Shown piece after piece: positions 26,101 through 41,100 of a DNA stretch of 64,000 bases. Position 1 is the stretch's first letter, and every line of letters starts with the position of its first letter. The translations under genes were made by a program, and so were the position numbers. The stretch is from Glaucostegus cemiculus (taxonomy: Eukaryota). Where the stretch lies: contig CDPCPM010000015.1 of NCBI GenBank assembly GCA_976551045.1, forward strand, positions 10,540,001 to 10,604,000. The letters are read 5' to 3'. Under the pieces are notes generated by a model, which saw nothing but the letters and a program-made list of their open reading frames with translations, did not search any database and was not told the origin of the DNA.

Positions 26101-29100
26101 TTGTAGCTGTGGATGACAAAGAATCCATTGACTGCAGGTGTGCCTGATTCAGGATGCAAAAACACACTTCCAGTCTATCTGCACTTCGCTACTTCTATCC
26201 TCCTCTGCCGCACATGCGAATCAAAGTTTAGACACAGTTTAATCTGGCAGAGCAGACTGGGGACTTCCTTGGTCAGGAAAGCGAGGATGTGCACTACTGT
26301 TGTCAAAAGATTGGACATTCTGAAGTGCTTTGCAGATACTTGTTGCTTGCCTGACCCGGCTGCAGTTTGACAAGAGTGCTTTGACCAGTGATAACCTACC
26401 TCCTTCAGTGTCCTGAAGAGTCAGCGTGGCATTTGTCACCAATGTTGATTTTGATCGAGAAGTTGCAGCCTGTTCTCCAGAAGTTGTTGTCAGCCATGTT
26501 TCAGACGAGGATAGCTTTGGCACTGCAGATGATGAAGATGAATGAACGGCAGATGAAACGGCTGCACCTGAAGATGGAAGTCGTTCATTACTCTCTGTGC
26601 TTTCCATATGGAAAAGGACAACTCGGGACAATGACATTGTCTTACTTGATTCACTTGTGAGAAAGGACCCAGTACTGCCGTCCCGTGTCGACGATATTGC
26701 TGCTGGGGAACTTGCTGTTTCTCTTGCACTGGTGGATAGCACCGATGAGCGTGGAGTTGCATCCTCAGCTAAGGTAGACACTGTTGGTGCTCCTGTAATT
26801 GTCGAAGGTTCTGAAAGTAAAGAGAAATTTTTGCTCAACAAGTGTTAGCTCCGATTTGCAGAAAGTTGTCTGCTCATTTCAGTGTCGAACGGCGAGCAAC
26901 CGAGACGTGTATTGCTTTCCATCCCACCTGATTCACTTCTGACTGTGGTGGATTCTGCTGATAATGACTGGGCTGCTGAACGTTGTGTTGTCGATAAAGG
27001 GAATGTTGACTGCCCCGAACCTCCTGTCGAAGCCGAATCCTCTGCAGAAGTGACAACTGATGGCTCAGCTAATCCTCCAGTCAACGCTATCGATGGTCCT
27101 GTCAGAAGAAAAGAGAATTAATTTGCCCTGACATTGCCATGCCTCTTATCCTTGCATATAAGAGCTGGCTGCTCGATGTTTCGCTCCCAAGTACAGTTTG
27201 CCTCTGCGTAAAACTTTGCATTCAGCGGAAATCAGGAAATGGAATGCTATCGTGACAACTAATATCTCTGGCAAGCAAAGGTGTCTCAAATAATTATTTC
27301 CTCTCACTTGTTTCTCCTGTGTCCAATGTCACTGCAGTGCTCTCTTCTGATGACCATTGCGCCGCTGAGGAGCTTGCCATTTTACTCAGAGGGCTCGATG
27401 TGGAATGTGGAGTTGTAGCTGTCGATGACAAAGAATGCACTTACTGCAGCTGTGTCTGAGTCAGGATTAGAAAACACATTTCCACACATTTGCAATCTGC
27501 ATTCGGCTACTTCTACCTTCTGCCACTCAGCGGAATCTAAGTTTAAAGACAGCATGAACTGGCAAAGGAGACCTGGGCACTTCCTTTATCTGCCATTTCA
27601 TCATCTGCACATCTGTTGCTCAAAGACTGGACGTTATCAAGATCTTCGCAGATCCTTGTTGTTCCCCGCACTGGCTGCAGTTTGACAAGTGTCTTTTGCT
27701 CAGTGATAACCTACCTCCTTCAGTGTCCTCAACAGTCAGCGTGCTGTTTGACACCAAAGTTGATTTTGATCGAGAAGTTGCTGCCTTTTCACCAGAGGTT
27801 GTTGTCAGCACCGTTTCAGACGGGGATTGATTTGGCTCTGCGGATGTTTCAGATGGTTGAATGGCAGATGAACTTGCTGCACCCGAAGATAGAAGTTGTT
27901 CATTACTCTCTGTGACTACCATAGGATAATAAGGGGCAACTGGGGACCATGACAATGTCTTACTTCTTTCACTTGTGAGAAAGGAGCCAGTACTGCTGTC
28001 CAGTGTTGATGATATTGCTGCTGAGGAATTTGCTGTGGCTCTCTCACCGGTGGAGGACACAAACGAGTGTGCGGATGCATCGACAGCCAAGGTAGACTTT
28101 GTTGGTACTCCTGTCATTGTCGAAGGTTCTGAAAGTAGAGTGAACTCTGTGTTAAATGACCGTTTGTTCCCAATTGAAAAATGCTTCCTGCTCATTTCAG
28201 TGTCAAACAGTCAGCAACCGAGACGTGTGTTGCTTTCCATCCCACCTGATACACTTAGAACTGTGGTGGATTCCGGTGATAATGACTGTGCAGGTGAGCT
28301 TGGTGTTGCTGATGTGGAGATCGTTGACTGCCCTGAACCTGCTTTCGAAGCTGAAGCCTGTGCAGATGTGTCAACCGATGGCTCGGCTGAACCTGAACTG
28401 GCTCCCATCGATACACCTATCAGAAGAAAAGAGAAGCAATTTGCCCTGACGTTACCATCTACCTTATATCCTGGCACAGATGACCTGGTTGCATGCTGTT
28501 TCTCTCCGAAATGCAGTTTGCTCTTGCACAAACTTTTGCCTGCATAGCAAAACTGCAGATGGAATGCTATTGTGCCCACAGATGTCCCTGCCAGTAAAGG
28601 TCTTTCAAACAATAATTTCTTCTTACTTGTTTCTGCCGTATCCATCGTCACTGCAGTGCTTTCCTCTGAAGTCCATTGTGCCGCTGAGGGACTTGCCACT
28701 TTACTCGGAGGACTCCGAGTTGAATGTGCACTTGTAGCTGTGGATGACAAAGAATCCATTGACTGCAGGTGTGCCTGATTCAGGATGCGAAAACACACTT
28801 CCAGTCTATCTGCACTTCGCTACTTCTATCCTCCTCTGCCGCTCATGCGAATCAAAGTTTAGACACAGTTTAATCTGGCAGAGCAGACTGGGGACTTCCT
28901 TGGTCAGGAAAGCGAGGATGTGCACTACTGTTGTCGAAAGATTGGACATTCTGAAGTGCTTTGCAGATACTTGTTGCTTGCCTGACCCGGCTGCAATTTG
29001 ACAAGAGTGCTTTGACCAGTGATAACCTACCTCCTTCAGTGTCCTGATGAGTCAGCGTGGCATTTGTCACCAATGTTGATTTTGATCGAGAATTTGCAGC

Positions 29101-32100
29101 CTGTTCTCCAGAAGTTGTTGTCAGCCATGTTTCAGACGAGGATAGCTTTGGCACTGCAGATGATGAAGATGAATGAATGGCAGATGAAACGGCTGCACCT
29201 GAAGATGGAAGTTGTTCATTACTCTCTGTGCTTTCCATATGGAAAAGGACAACTTGGGACAATGACATTGTCTTACTTGATTCACTTGTGAGAAAGGACC
29301 CAGTACTGCCGTCCCGTGTCGACGATATTGCTGCTGGGGAACTTGCTGTTTCTCTTGCACTGGTGGATAGCACCGATGAGCGTGGAGTTGCATCCTCAGC
29401 TAAGGTAGACACTGTTGGTGCTCCTGTCATTGTCGAAGGTTCTGAAAGTAAAGAGAAATTTTTGCTCAACAAGTGTTAGCTCCGATTTGCAAAAAGTTGT
29501 CTGCTCATTTCAGTGTCGAACGGCGAGCAACCGAGACGTGTATTGCTTTCCATCCCACCTGATTCACTTCTGACTGTGGTGGATTCTGGTGATAATGACT
29601 GTGCTGCTGAGCGTTGTGTTGTCGATGAAGGGAATGTTGACTGCCCCGAACCTCCTGTCGAAGCCGAATCCTGTGCAGATGTGACAACTGATGGCTCAGC
29701 TAATCCTCCAGTGAATGCTATCGATGGTCCTGTCAGAAGAAAAGAGAATTAATTTGCCCTGACATTGCCATGCCTCTTATCCTTGCATATAAGAGCTGGC
29801 TGCTCGATGTTTCTCTCCCAAGTACAGTTTGCCTTTGTGTAAAACTTTGCATTCAGAGGAAATCAGGAAATGGAATGCAATCGTGACAACTAATATCTCT
29901 GCCAAGCAAAGGTGTCTCAAATAATTATTTCCTCTCACTTGTTTCTCCTGTGTCCAATGTCACTGCAGTGCTCTCTTCTGATGACCATTGCGCCGCTGAG
30001 GAGCTTGCCATTTTACTCAGAGGGCTCGATGTGGAATGCGGAGTTGTAGCAGTCGATGACAAAGAATGCACTTACTGCAGCTGTGTCTGAGTCAGGATTA
30101 GAAAACACATTTCCACACATTTGCAATCTGCATTCGGCTACTTCTACCTTCTGCCACTCAGGAGAATCCTAGGTTAAAGACAGCATGAACTGGCAAAGGA
30201 GACCTGGGCACTTCCTTTATCTGCCATTTCATCATCTGCTCATCTGTTGCTCAAAGATTGGACGTTATCAAGATCTTCGCAGATCCTTGTTGTTCCCTGC
30301 ACTGGCTGCAGTTTGACAAGTGTCTTTTGCTCAGTGATAACCTACCTCCTTCACTGTCGGCAAGAGTCAGCGTGCTGTTTGACACCAAAGTTGATTTTGA
30401 TCGAGAAGTTGCTGCCTTTTCACCAGAGGTTGTTGTCAGCACCGTTTCAGACGGGGATTGATTTGGCTCTGCGGATGTTTCAGATGGTTGAATGGCAGAT
30501 GAACTTGCTGCACCAGAAGATAGAAGTTGTTCATTACTCTCTGTGACTACCATAGGATAATAAGGGGGAACTGGGGACCATGACAATGTCTTACTTCTTT
30601 CACTTGTGAGAAAGGAGCCAGTACTGCTGTCCAGTGTTGACGATATTGCTGCTGAGGAATTTGCTGTGGCTCTCTCACCGGTGGAGGACACAAACGAGTG
30701 TGCGGATGCATCGACAGCCAAGGTAGACTTTGTTGGTACTCCTGTCATTGTCGAAGGTTCTGAAAGTAGAGTGAACTTTGTGTTAAATGACCGTTTGTTC
30801 CCAATTGAAAAATGCTTCCTGCTCATTTCAGTGTCAAACAGTCAGCAACCGAGACGTGTGTTGCTTTCCATCCCACCTGATACACTTAGAACTGTGGTGG
30901 ATTCCGGTGATAATGACTGTGCAGGTGAGCTTGGTGTTGCTGATGTGGAGATCGTTGACTGCCCTGAACCTGCTTTCGAAGCTGAAGCCTGTGCAGATGT
31001 GTCAACCGGTGGCTCGGCTGAACCTGAACTGGCTCCCATCGATACACCTATCAGAAGAAAAGAGAAGCAATTTGCCTTGACGTTACCATCTACCTTATAT
31101 CCTGGCACAGATGACCTGGTTGCATGCTGTTTCTCTCCGAAATGCAGTTTGCTCTTGCACAAACTTTTGCCTGCATAGCAAAACTGCAGATGGAATGCTA
31201 TTGTGCCCACAGATGTCCCTGCCAGTAAAGGTCTTTCAAACAATAATTTCTTCTTACTTGTTTCTGCCATATCCATCGTCACCGCAGTGCTTTCCTCTGA
31301 AGTCCATTGTGCCGCTGAGGGACTTGCCACTTTACTCGGAGGACTCCGAGTTGAATGTGCACTTGTAGCTGTGGATGACAAAGAATCCATTGACTGCAGG
31401 TGTGCCTGATTCAGGATGCGAAAACACACTTCCAGCCTATCTGCACTTCGCTACTTCTATCCTGCTCTGCCGCACATGCGAATCAAAGTTTAGACACAGT
31501 TTAATCTGGCAGAGCAGACTGGGGACTTCCTTGGTCAGGAAAGCGAGGATGTGCACTACTGTTGTCGAAAGATTGGACATTCTGAAGTGCTTTGCAGATA
31601 CTTGTTGCTTGCCTGACCCGCCTGCAGTTTGACAAGAGTGCTTTGACCAGTGATAACCTACCTCCTTCAGTGTCCTGAAGAGTCAGCGTGGCATTTGTCA
31701 CCAATGTTGATTTTGATCGAGAAGTTGCAGCCTGTTCTCCAGAAGTTGTTGTCAGCCATGTTTCAGACGAGGATAGCTTTGGCACTGCAGATGATGAAGA
31801 TGAATGAACGGCAGATGAAACGGCTGCACCTGAAGATGGAAGTTGTTCATTACTCTCTGTGCTTTCCATATGGAAAAGGACAACTTGGGACAATGACATT
31901 GTCTTACTTGATTCACTTGTGAGAAAGGACCCAGTACTGCCGTCCCGTGTCGACGATATTGCTGCTGGGGAACTTGCTGTTTCTCTTGCACTGGTGGATA
32001 GCACCGATGAGCGTGGAGTTGCATCCTCAGCTAAGGTAGACACTGTTGGTGCTCCTGTCATTGTCGAAGGTTCTGAAAGTAAAGAGAAATTTTTGCTCAA

Positions 32101-35100
32101 CAAGTGTTAGCTCCGATTGGCAGAAAGTTGTCTGCTCATTTCAGTGTCGAACGGCGAGCAACCGAGACGTGTATTGCTTTCCATCCCACCTGATTCACTT
32201 CTGACTGTGGTGGATTCTGGTGATAATGACTTTGCTGCTGAACGTTGTGTTGTCGATGAAGGGAATGTTGACTGCCCCGAACCTCCTGTCAAAGCCGAAT
32301 CCTGTGCAGATGTGACAACTGATGGCTCAGCTAATCCTCCAGTGAATGCTATCGATGGTCCTGTCAGAAGAAAAGAGAATTAATTTGCCCTGACATTGCC
32401 ATGCCTCTTATCCTTGCATATAAGAGCTGGCTGCTCGATGTTTCTCTCCCAAGTACAGTTTGCCTTTGTGTAAAACTTTGCATTCAGAGGAAATCAGGAA
32501 ATGGAATGCAATCGTGACAACTAATATCTCTGCCAAGCAAAGGAGTCGCAAATAATTATTTCCTCTCACTTGTTTCTCCTGTGTCCAATGTCACTGCAGT
32601 GCTCTCTTCTGATGACCATTGCGCCGCTGAGGAGCTTGCCATTTTACTCAGAGGGCTCGATGTGGAATGTGGAGTTGTAGCTGTCGATGACAAAGAATGC
32701 ACTTACTGCAGCTGTGTCTGAGTCAGGATTAGAAAACACATTTCCACACATTTGCAATCTGCATTCGGCTACTTCGACCTTCTGCCACTCAGCGGAATCT
32801 AAGCTTAAAGACAGCATGAACTGGCAAAGGAGACCTGGGCACTTCCTTTATCTGCCATTTCATCATCTGCACATCTGTTGCTCAAAGACTGGACGTTATC
32901 AAGATCTTCGCAGATCCTTGTTGTTCCCCGCACTGGCTGCAGTTTGACAAGTGTCTTTTGCTCAGTGATAACCTACCTCCTTCACTGTCGGCAAGAGTCA
33001 GCGTGCTGTTTGACACCAAAGTTGATTTTGATCGAGAAGTTGCTGCCTTTTCACCAGAGGTTGTTGTCAGCACCGTTTCAGACGGGGATTGATTTGGCTC
33101 TGCGGATGTTTCAGATGGTTGAATGGCAGATGAACTTGCTGCACCAGAAGATAGAAGTTGTTCATTACTCTCTGTGACTACCATAGGATAATAAGGGGGA
33201 ACTGGGGACCATGACAATGTCTTACTTCTTTCACTTGTGAGAAAGGAGCCAGTACTGCTGTCCAGTGTTGACGATATTGCTGCTGAGGAATTTGCTGTGG
33301 CTCTCTCACCAGTGGAGGACACAAACGAGTGTGCGGATGCATCGACAGCCAAGGTAGACTTTGTTGGTACTCCTGTCATTGTCGAAGGTTCTGAAAGTAG
33401 AGTGAACTCTGTGTTAAATGACCGTTTGTTCCCAATTGAAAAATGCTTCCTGATCATTTCAGTGTCAAACAGTCAGCAACCGAGACGTGTGTTGCTTTCC
33501 ATCCCACCTGATACACTTAGAACTGTGGTGGATTCCGGTGATAATGACTGTGCAGATGAGCTTGGTGTTGCTGATGTGGAGATCGTTGACTGCCCTGAAC
33601 CTGCTGTCGAAGCTGAAGCCTGTGCAGATGTGTCAACCGATGGCTCGGCTGAACCTGAACTGGCTCCCATCGATACACCTATCAGAAGAAAAGAGAAGCA
33701 ATTTGCCCTGACGTTACCATCTACCTTATATCCTTGCACAGATGACCTGGTTGCATGCTGTTTCTCTCCGAAATGCAGTTTGCTCTTGCACAAACTTTTG
33801 CCTGCATAGCAAAACTGCAGATGGAATGCTATTGTGCCCACAGATGTCCCTGCCAGTAAAGGCCTTTCAAACAATAATTTCTTCTTACTTGTTTCTGCCG
33901 TATCCATCGTCACCGCAGTGCTTTCCTCTGAAGTCCATTGTGCCGCTGAGGGACTTGCCACTTTACTCGGAGGACTCCGAGTTGAATGTGCACTTGTAGC
34001 TGTGGATGACAAAGAATCCATTGACTGCAGGTGTGCCTGATTCAGGATGCAAAAACACACTTCCAGTCTATCTGCACTTCGCTACTTCTATCCTCCTCTG
34101 CCGCACATGCGAATCAAAGTTTAGACACAGTTTAATCTGGCAGAGCAGACTGGGGACTTCCTTGGTCAGGAAAGCGAGGATGTGCACTACTGTTGTCAAA
34201 AGATTGGACATTCTGAAGTGCTTTGCAGATACTTGTTGCTTGCCTGACCCGGCTGCAGTTTGACAAGAGTGCTTTGACCAGTGATAACCTACCTCCTTCA
34301 GTGTCCTGAAGAGTCAGCGTGGCATTTGTCACCAATGTTGATTTTGATCGAGAAGTTGCAGCCTGTTCTCCAGAAGTTGTTGTCAGCCATGTTTCAGACG
34401 AGGATAGCTTTGGCACTGCAGATGATGAAGATGAATGAACGGCAGATGAAACGGCTGCACCTGAAGATGGAAGTTGTTCATTACTCTCTGTGCTTTCCAT
34501 ATGGAAAAGGACAACTTGGGACAATGACATTGTCTTACTTGATTCACTTGTGAGAAAGGACCCAGTACTGCCGTCCCGTGTCGACGATATTGCTGCTGGG
34601 GAACTTGCTGTTTCTCTTGCACTGGTGGATAGCACCGATGAGCGTGGAGTTGCATCCTCAGCTAAGGTAGACACTGTTGGTGCTCCTGTAATTGTCGAAG
34701 GTTCTGAAAGTAAAGAGAAATTTTTGCTCAACAAGTGTTAGCTCCGATTGGCAGAAAGTTGTCTGCTCATTTCAGTGTCGAACGGCGAGCAACCGAGACG
34801 TGTATTGCTTTCCATCCCACCTGATTCACTTCTGACTGTGGTGGATTCTGGTGATAATGACTTTGCTGCTGAACGTTGTGTTGTCGATGAAGGGAATGTT
34901 GACTGCCCCGAACCTCCTGTCAAAGCCGAATCCTGTGCAGATGTGACAACTGATGGCTCAGCTAATCCTCCAGTGAATGCTATCGATGGTCCTGTCAGAA
35001 GAAAAGAGAATTAATTTGCCCTGACATTGCCATGCCTCTTATCCTTGCATATAAGAGCTGGCTGCTCGATGTTTCTCTCCCAAGTACAGTTTGCCTTTGT

Positions 35101-38100
35101 GTAAAACTTTGCATTCAGAGGAAATCAGGAAATGGAATGCAATCGTGACAACTAATATCTCTGCCAAGCAAAGGAGTCGCAAATAATTATTTCCTCTCAC
35201 TTGTTTCTCCTGTGTCCAATGTCACTGCAGTGCTCTCTTCTGATGACCATTGCGCCGCTGAGGAGCTTGCCATTTTACTCAGAGGGCTCGATGTGGAATG
35301 TGGAGTTGTAGCTGTCGATGACAAAGAATGCACTTACTGCAGCTGTGTCTGAGTCAGGATTAGAAAACACATTTCCACACATTTGCAATCTGCATTCGGC
35401 TACTTCGACCTTCTGCCACTCAGCGGAATCTAAGCTTAAAGACAGCATGAACTGGCAAAGGAGACCTGGGCACTTCCTTTATCTGCCATTTCATCATCTG
35501 CACATCTGTTGCTCAAAGACTGGACGTTATCAAGATCTTCGCAGATCCTTGTTGTTCCCCGCACTGGCTGCAGTTTGACAAGTGTCTTTTGCTCAGTGAT
35601 AACCTACCTCCTTCACTGTCGGCAAGAGTCAGCGTGCTGTTTGACACCAAAGTTGATTTTGATCGAGAAGTTGCTGCCTTTTCACCAGAGGTTGTTGTCA
35701 GCACCGTTTCAGACGGGGATTGATTTGGCTCTGCGGATGTTTCAGATGGTTGAATGGCAGATGAACTTGCTGCACCAGAAGATAGAAGTTGTTCATTACT
35801 CTCTGTGACTACCATAGGATAATAAGGGGGAACTGGGGACCATGACAATGTCTTACTTCTTTCACTTGTGAGAAAGGAGCCAGTACTGCTGTCCAGTGTT
35901 GACGATATTGCTGCTGAGGAATTTGCTGTGGCTCTCTCACCAGTGGAGGACACAAACGAGTGTGCGGATGCATCGACAGCCAAGGTAGACTTTGTTGGTA
36001 CTCCTGTCATTGTCGAAGGTTCTGAAAGTAGAGTGAACTCTGTGTTAAATGACCGTTTGTTCCCAATTGAAAAATGCTTCCTGATCATTTCAGTGTCAAA
36101 CAGTCAGCAACCGAGACGTGTGTTGCTTTCCATCCCACCTGATACACTTAGAACTGTGGTGGATTCCGGTGATAATGACTGTGCAGATGAGCTTGGTGTT
36201 GCTGATGTGGAGATCGTTGACTGCCCTGAACCTGCTGTCGAAGCTGAAGCCTGTGCAGATGTGTCAACCGATGGCTCGGCTGAACCTGAACTGGCTCCCA
36301 TCGATACACCTATCAGAAGAAAAGAGAAGCAATTTGCCCTGACGTTACCATCTACCTTATATCCTTGCACAGATGACCTGGTTGCATGCTGTTTCTCTCC
36401 GAAATGCAGTTTGCTCTTGCACAAACTTTTGCCTGCATAGCAAAACTGCAGATGGAATGCTATTGTGCCCACAGATGTCCCTGCCAGTAAAGGCCTTTCA
36501 AACAATAATTTCTTCTTACTTGTTTCTGCCGTATCCATCGTCACCGCAGTGCTTTCCTCTGAAGTCCATTGTGCCGCTGAGGGACTTGCCACTTTACTCG
36601 GAGGACTCCGAGTTGAATGTGCACTTGTAGCTGTGGATGACAAAGAATCCATTGACTGCAGGTGTGCCTGATTCAGGATGCAAAAACACACTTCCAGTCT
36701 ATCTGCACTTCGCTACTTCTATCCTCCTCTGCCGCACATGCGAATCAAAGTTTAGACACAGTTTAATCTGGCAGAGCAGACTGGGGACTTCCTTGGTCAG
36801 GAAAGCGAGGATGTGCACTACTGTTGTCAAAAGATTGGACATTCTGAAGTGCTTTGCAGATACTTGTTGCTTGCCTGACCCGGCTGCAGTTTGACAAGAG
36901 TGCTTTGACCAGTGATAACCTACCTCCTTCAGTGTCCTGAAGAGTCAGCGTGGCATTTGTCACCAATGTTGATTTTGATCGAGAAGTTGCAGCCTGTTCT
37001 CCAGAAGTTGTTGTCAGCCATGTTTCAGACGAGGATAGCTTTGGCACTGCAGATGATGAAGATGAATGAACGGCAGATGAAACGGCTGCACCTGAAGATG
37101 GAAGTCGTTCATTACTCTCTGTGCTTTCCATATGGAAAAGGACAACTCGGGACAATGACATTGTCTTACTTGATTCACTTGTGAGAAAGGACCCAGTACT
37201 GCCGTCCCGTGTCGACGATATTGCTGCTGGGGAACTTGCTGTTTCTCTTGCACTGGTGGATAGCACCGATGAGCGTGGAGTTGCATCCTCAGCTAAGGTA
37301 GACACTGTTGGTGCTCCTGTAATTGTCGAAGGTTCTGAAAGTAAAGAGAAATTTTTGCTCAACAAGTGTTAGCTCCGATTTGCAGAAAGTTGTCTGCTCA
37401 TTTCAGTGTCGAACGGCGAGCAACCGAGACGTGTATTGCTTTCCATCCCACCTGATTCACTTCTGACTGTGGTGGATTCTGCTGATAATGACTGGGCTGC
37501 TGAACGTTGTGTTGTCGATAAAGGGAATGTTGACTGCCCCGAACCTCCTGTCGAAGCCGAATCCTGTGCAGAAGTGACAACTGATGGCTCAGCTAATCCT
37601 CCAGTCAACGCTATCGATGGTCCTGTCAGAAGAAAAGAGAATTAATTTGCCCTGACATTGCCATGCCTCTTATCCTTGCATATAAGAGCTGGCTGCTCGA
37701 TGTTTCGCTCCCAAGTACAGTTTGCCTCTGCGTAAAACTTTGCATTCAGCGGAAATCAGGAAATGGAATGCTATCGTGACAACTAATATCTCTGGCAAGC
37801 AAAGGTGTCTCAAATAATTATTTCCTCTCACTTGTTTCTCCTGTGTCCAATGTCACTGCAGTGCTCTCTTCTGATGACCATTGCGCCGCTGAGGAGCTTG
37901 CCATTTTACTCAGAGGGCTCGATGTGGAATGTGGAGTTGTAGCTGTCGATGACAAAGAATGCACTTACTGCAGCTGTGTCTGAGTCAGGATTAGAAAACA
38001 CATTTCCACACATTTGCAATCTGCATTCGGCTACTTCTACCTTCTGCCACTCAGCGGAATCTAAGTTTAAAGACAGCATGAACTGGCAAAGGAGACCTGG

Positions 38101-41100
38101 GCACTTCCTTTATCTGCCATTTCATCATCTGCACATCTGTTGCTCAAAGACTGGACGTTATCAAGATCTTCGCAGATCCTTGTTGTTCCCCGCACTGGCT
38201 GCAGTTTGACAAGTGTCTTTTGCTCAGTGATAACCTACCTCCTTCAGTGTCCTCAACAGTCAGCGTGCTGTTTGACACCAAAGTTGATTTTGATCGAGAA
38301 GTTGCTGCCTTTTCACCAGAGGTTGTTGTCAGCACCGTTTCAGACGGGGATTGATTTGGCTCTGCGGATGTTTCAGATGGTTGAATGGCAGATGAACTTG
38401 CTGCACCAGAAGATAGAAGTTGTTCATTACTCTCTGTGACTACCATAGGATAATAAGGGGGAACTGGGGACCATGACAATGTCTTACTTCTTTCACTTGC
38501 GAGAAAGGAGCCAGTACTGCTGTCCAGTGTTGACGATACTGCTGCTGAGGAATTTGCTGTGGCTCTCTCACCGGTGGAGGACACAAACGAGTGTGCGGAT
38601 GCATCGACAGCCAAGGTAGACTTTGTTGGTACTCCTGTCATTGTCGAAGGTTCTGAAAGTAGAGTGAACTCTGTGTTAAATGACCGTTTGTTCCCAATTG
38701 AAAAATGCTTCCTGCTCATTTCAGTGTCAAACAGTCAGCAACCGAGACGTGTGTTGCTTTCCATCCCACCTGATACATTTAGAACTGTGGTGGATTCCGG
38801 TGATAATGACTGTGCACATGAGCTTGGTGTTGCTGATGTGGAGATTGTTGACTGCCCTGAACCTGCTGTCGAAGCTGAAGCCTGTGCAGATGTGTCAACC
38901 GATGGCTTGGCTGAACCTGAACTGGCTCCCATCGATACACCTATCAGAAGAAAAGAGAAGCAATTTGCCTTGACGTTACCATCTACCTTATATCCTTGCA
39001 CAGATGACCTGGTTGCATGCTGTTTCTCTCCGAAATGCAGTTTGCTCTTGCACAAACTTTTGCCTGCATAGCAAAACTGCAGATGGAATGCTATTGTGCC
39101 CACAGATGTCCCTGCCAGTAAAGGCCTTTCAAACAATAATTTCTTCTTACTTGTTTCTGCCGTATCCATCGTCACCGCAGTGCTTTCCTCTGAAGTCCAT
39201 TGTGCCGCTGAAGGACTTGCCACTTTACTCGGAGGACTCCGAGTTGAATGTGCACTTGTAGCTGTGGATGACAAAGAATCCATTGACTGCAGGTGTGCCT
39301 GATTCAGGATGCGAAAACACACTTCCAGCCTATCTGCACTTCGCTACTTCTATCCTCCTCTGCCGCACATGCGAATCAAAGTTTAGACACAGTTTAATCT
39401 GGCAGAGCAGACTGGGGACTTCCTTGGTCAGGAAAGCGAGGATGTGCACTACTGTTGTCGAAAGATTGGACATTCTGAAGTGCTTTGCAGATACTTGTTG
39501 CTTGCCTGACCCGGCTGCAGTTTGACAAGAGTGCTTTGACCAGTGATAACCTACCTCCTTCAGTGTCCTGAAGAATCAGCGTGGCATTTGTCACCAATGT
39601 TGATTTTGATCGAGAAGTTGCAGCCTGTTCTCCAGAAGTTGTTGTCAGCCATGTTTCAGACGAGGATAGCTTTGGCACTGCAGATGATGAAGATGAATGA
39701 ACGGCAGATGAAACGGCTGCACCTGAAGATGGAAGTTGTTCATTACTCTCTGTGCTTTCCATATGGAAAAGGACAACTTGGGACAATGACATTGTCTTAC
39801 TTGATTCACTTGTGAGAAAGGACCCAGTACTGCCGTCCCGTGTCGACGATATTGCTGCTGGGGAACTTGCTGTTTCTCTTGCACTGGTGGATAGCACCGA
39901 TGAGCGTGGAGTTGCATCCTCAGCTAAGGTAGACACTGTTGGTGCTCCTGTAATTGTCGAAGGTTCTGAAAGTAAAGAGAAATTTTTGCTCAACAAGTGT
40001 TAGCTCCGATTGGCAGAAAGTTGTCTGCTCATTTCAGTGTCGAACGGCGAGCAACCGAGACGTGTATTGCTTTCCATCCCACCTGATTCACTTCTGACTG
40101 TGGTGGATTCTGGTGATAATGACTTTGCTGCTGAACGTTGTGTTGTCGATGAAGGGAATGTTGACTGCCCCGAACCTCCTGTCAAAGCCGAATCCTGTGC
40201 AGATGTGACAACTGATGGCTCAGCTAATCCTCCAGTGAATGCTATCGATGGTCCTGTCAGAAGAAAAGAGAATTAATTTGCCCTGACATTGCCATGCCTC
40301 TTATCCTTGCATATAAGAGCTGGCTGCTCGATGTTTCTCTCCCAAGTACAGTTTGCCTTTGTGTAAAACTTTGCATTCAGAGGAAATCAGGAAATGGAAT
40401 GCAATCGTGACAACTAATATCTCTGCCAAGCAAAGGAGTCGCAAATAATTATTTCCTCTCACTTGTTTCTCCTGTGTCCAATGTCACTGCAGTGCTCTCT
40501 TCTGATGACCATTGCGCCGCTGAGGAGCTTGCCATTTTACTCAGAGGGCTCGATGTGGAATGTGGAGTTGTAGCTGTCGATGACAAAGAATGCACTTACT
40601 GCAGCTGTGTCTGAGTCAGGATTAGAAAACACATTTCCACACATTTGCAATCTGCATTCGGCTACTTCGACCTTCTGCCACTCAGGAGAATCCTAGGTTA
40701 AAGACAGCATGAACTGGCAAAGGAGACCTGGGCACTTCCTTTATCTGCCATTTCATCATCTGCACACCTGTTGCTCAAAGACTGGACGTTATCAAGATCT
40801 TCGCAGATCCTTGTTGTTCCCCGCACTGGCTGCTGTTTGACAAGTGTCTTTTGCTCAGTGATAACCTACCTCCTTCACTGTCGGCAAGAGTCAGCGTGCT
40901 GTTTGACACCAAAGTTGATTTTGATCGAGAAGTTGCTGCCTTTTCACCAGAGGTTGTTGTCAGCACCGTTTCAGACGGGGATTGATTTGGCTCTGCGGAT
41001 GTTTCAGATGGTTGAATGGCAGATGAACTTGCTGCACCAGAAGATAGAAGTTGTTCATTACTCTCTGTGACTACCATAGGATAATAAGGGGGAACTGGGG

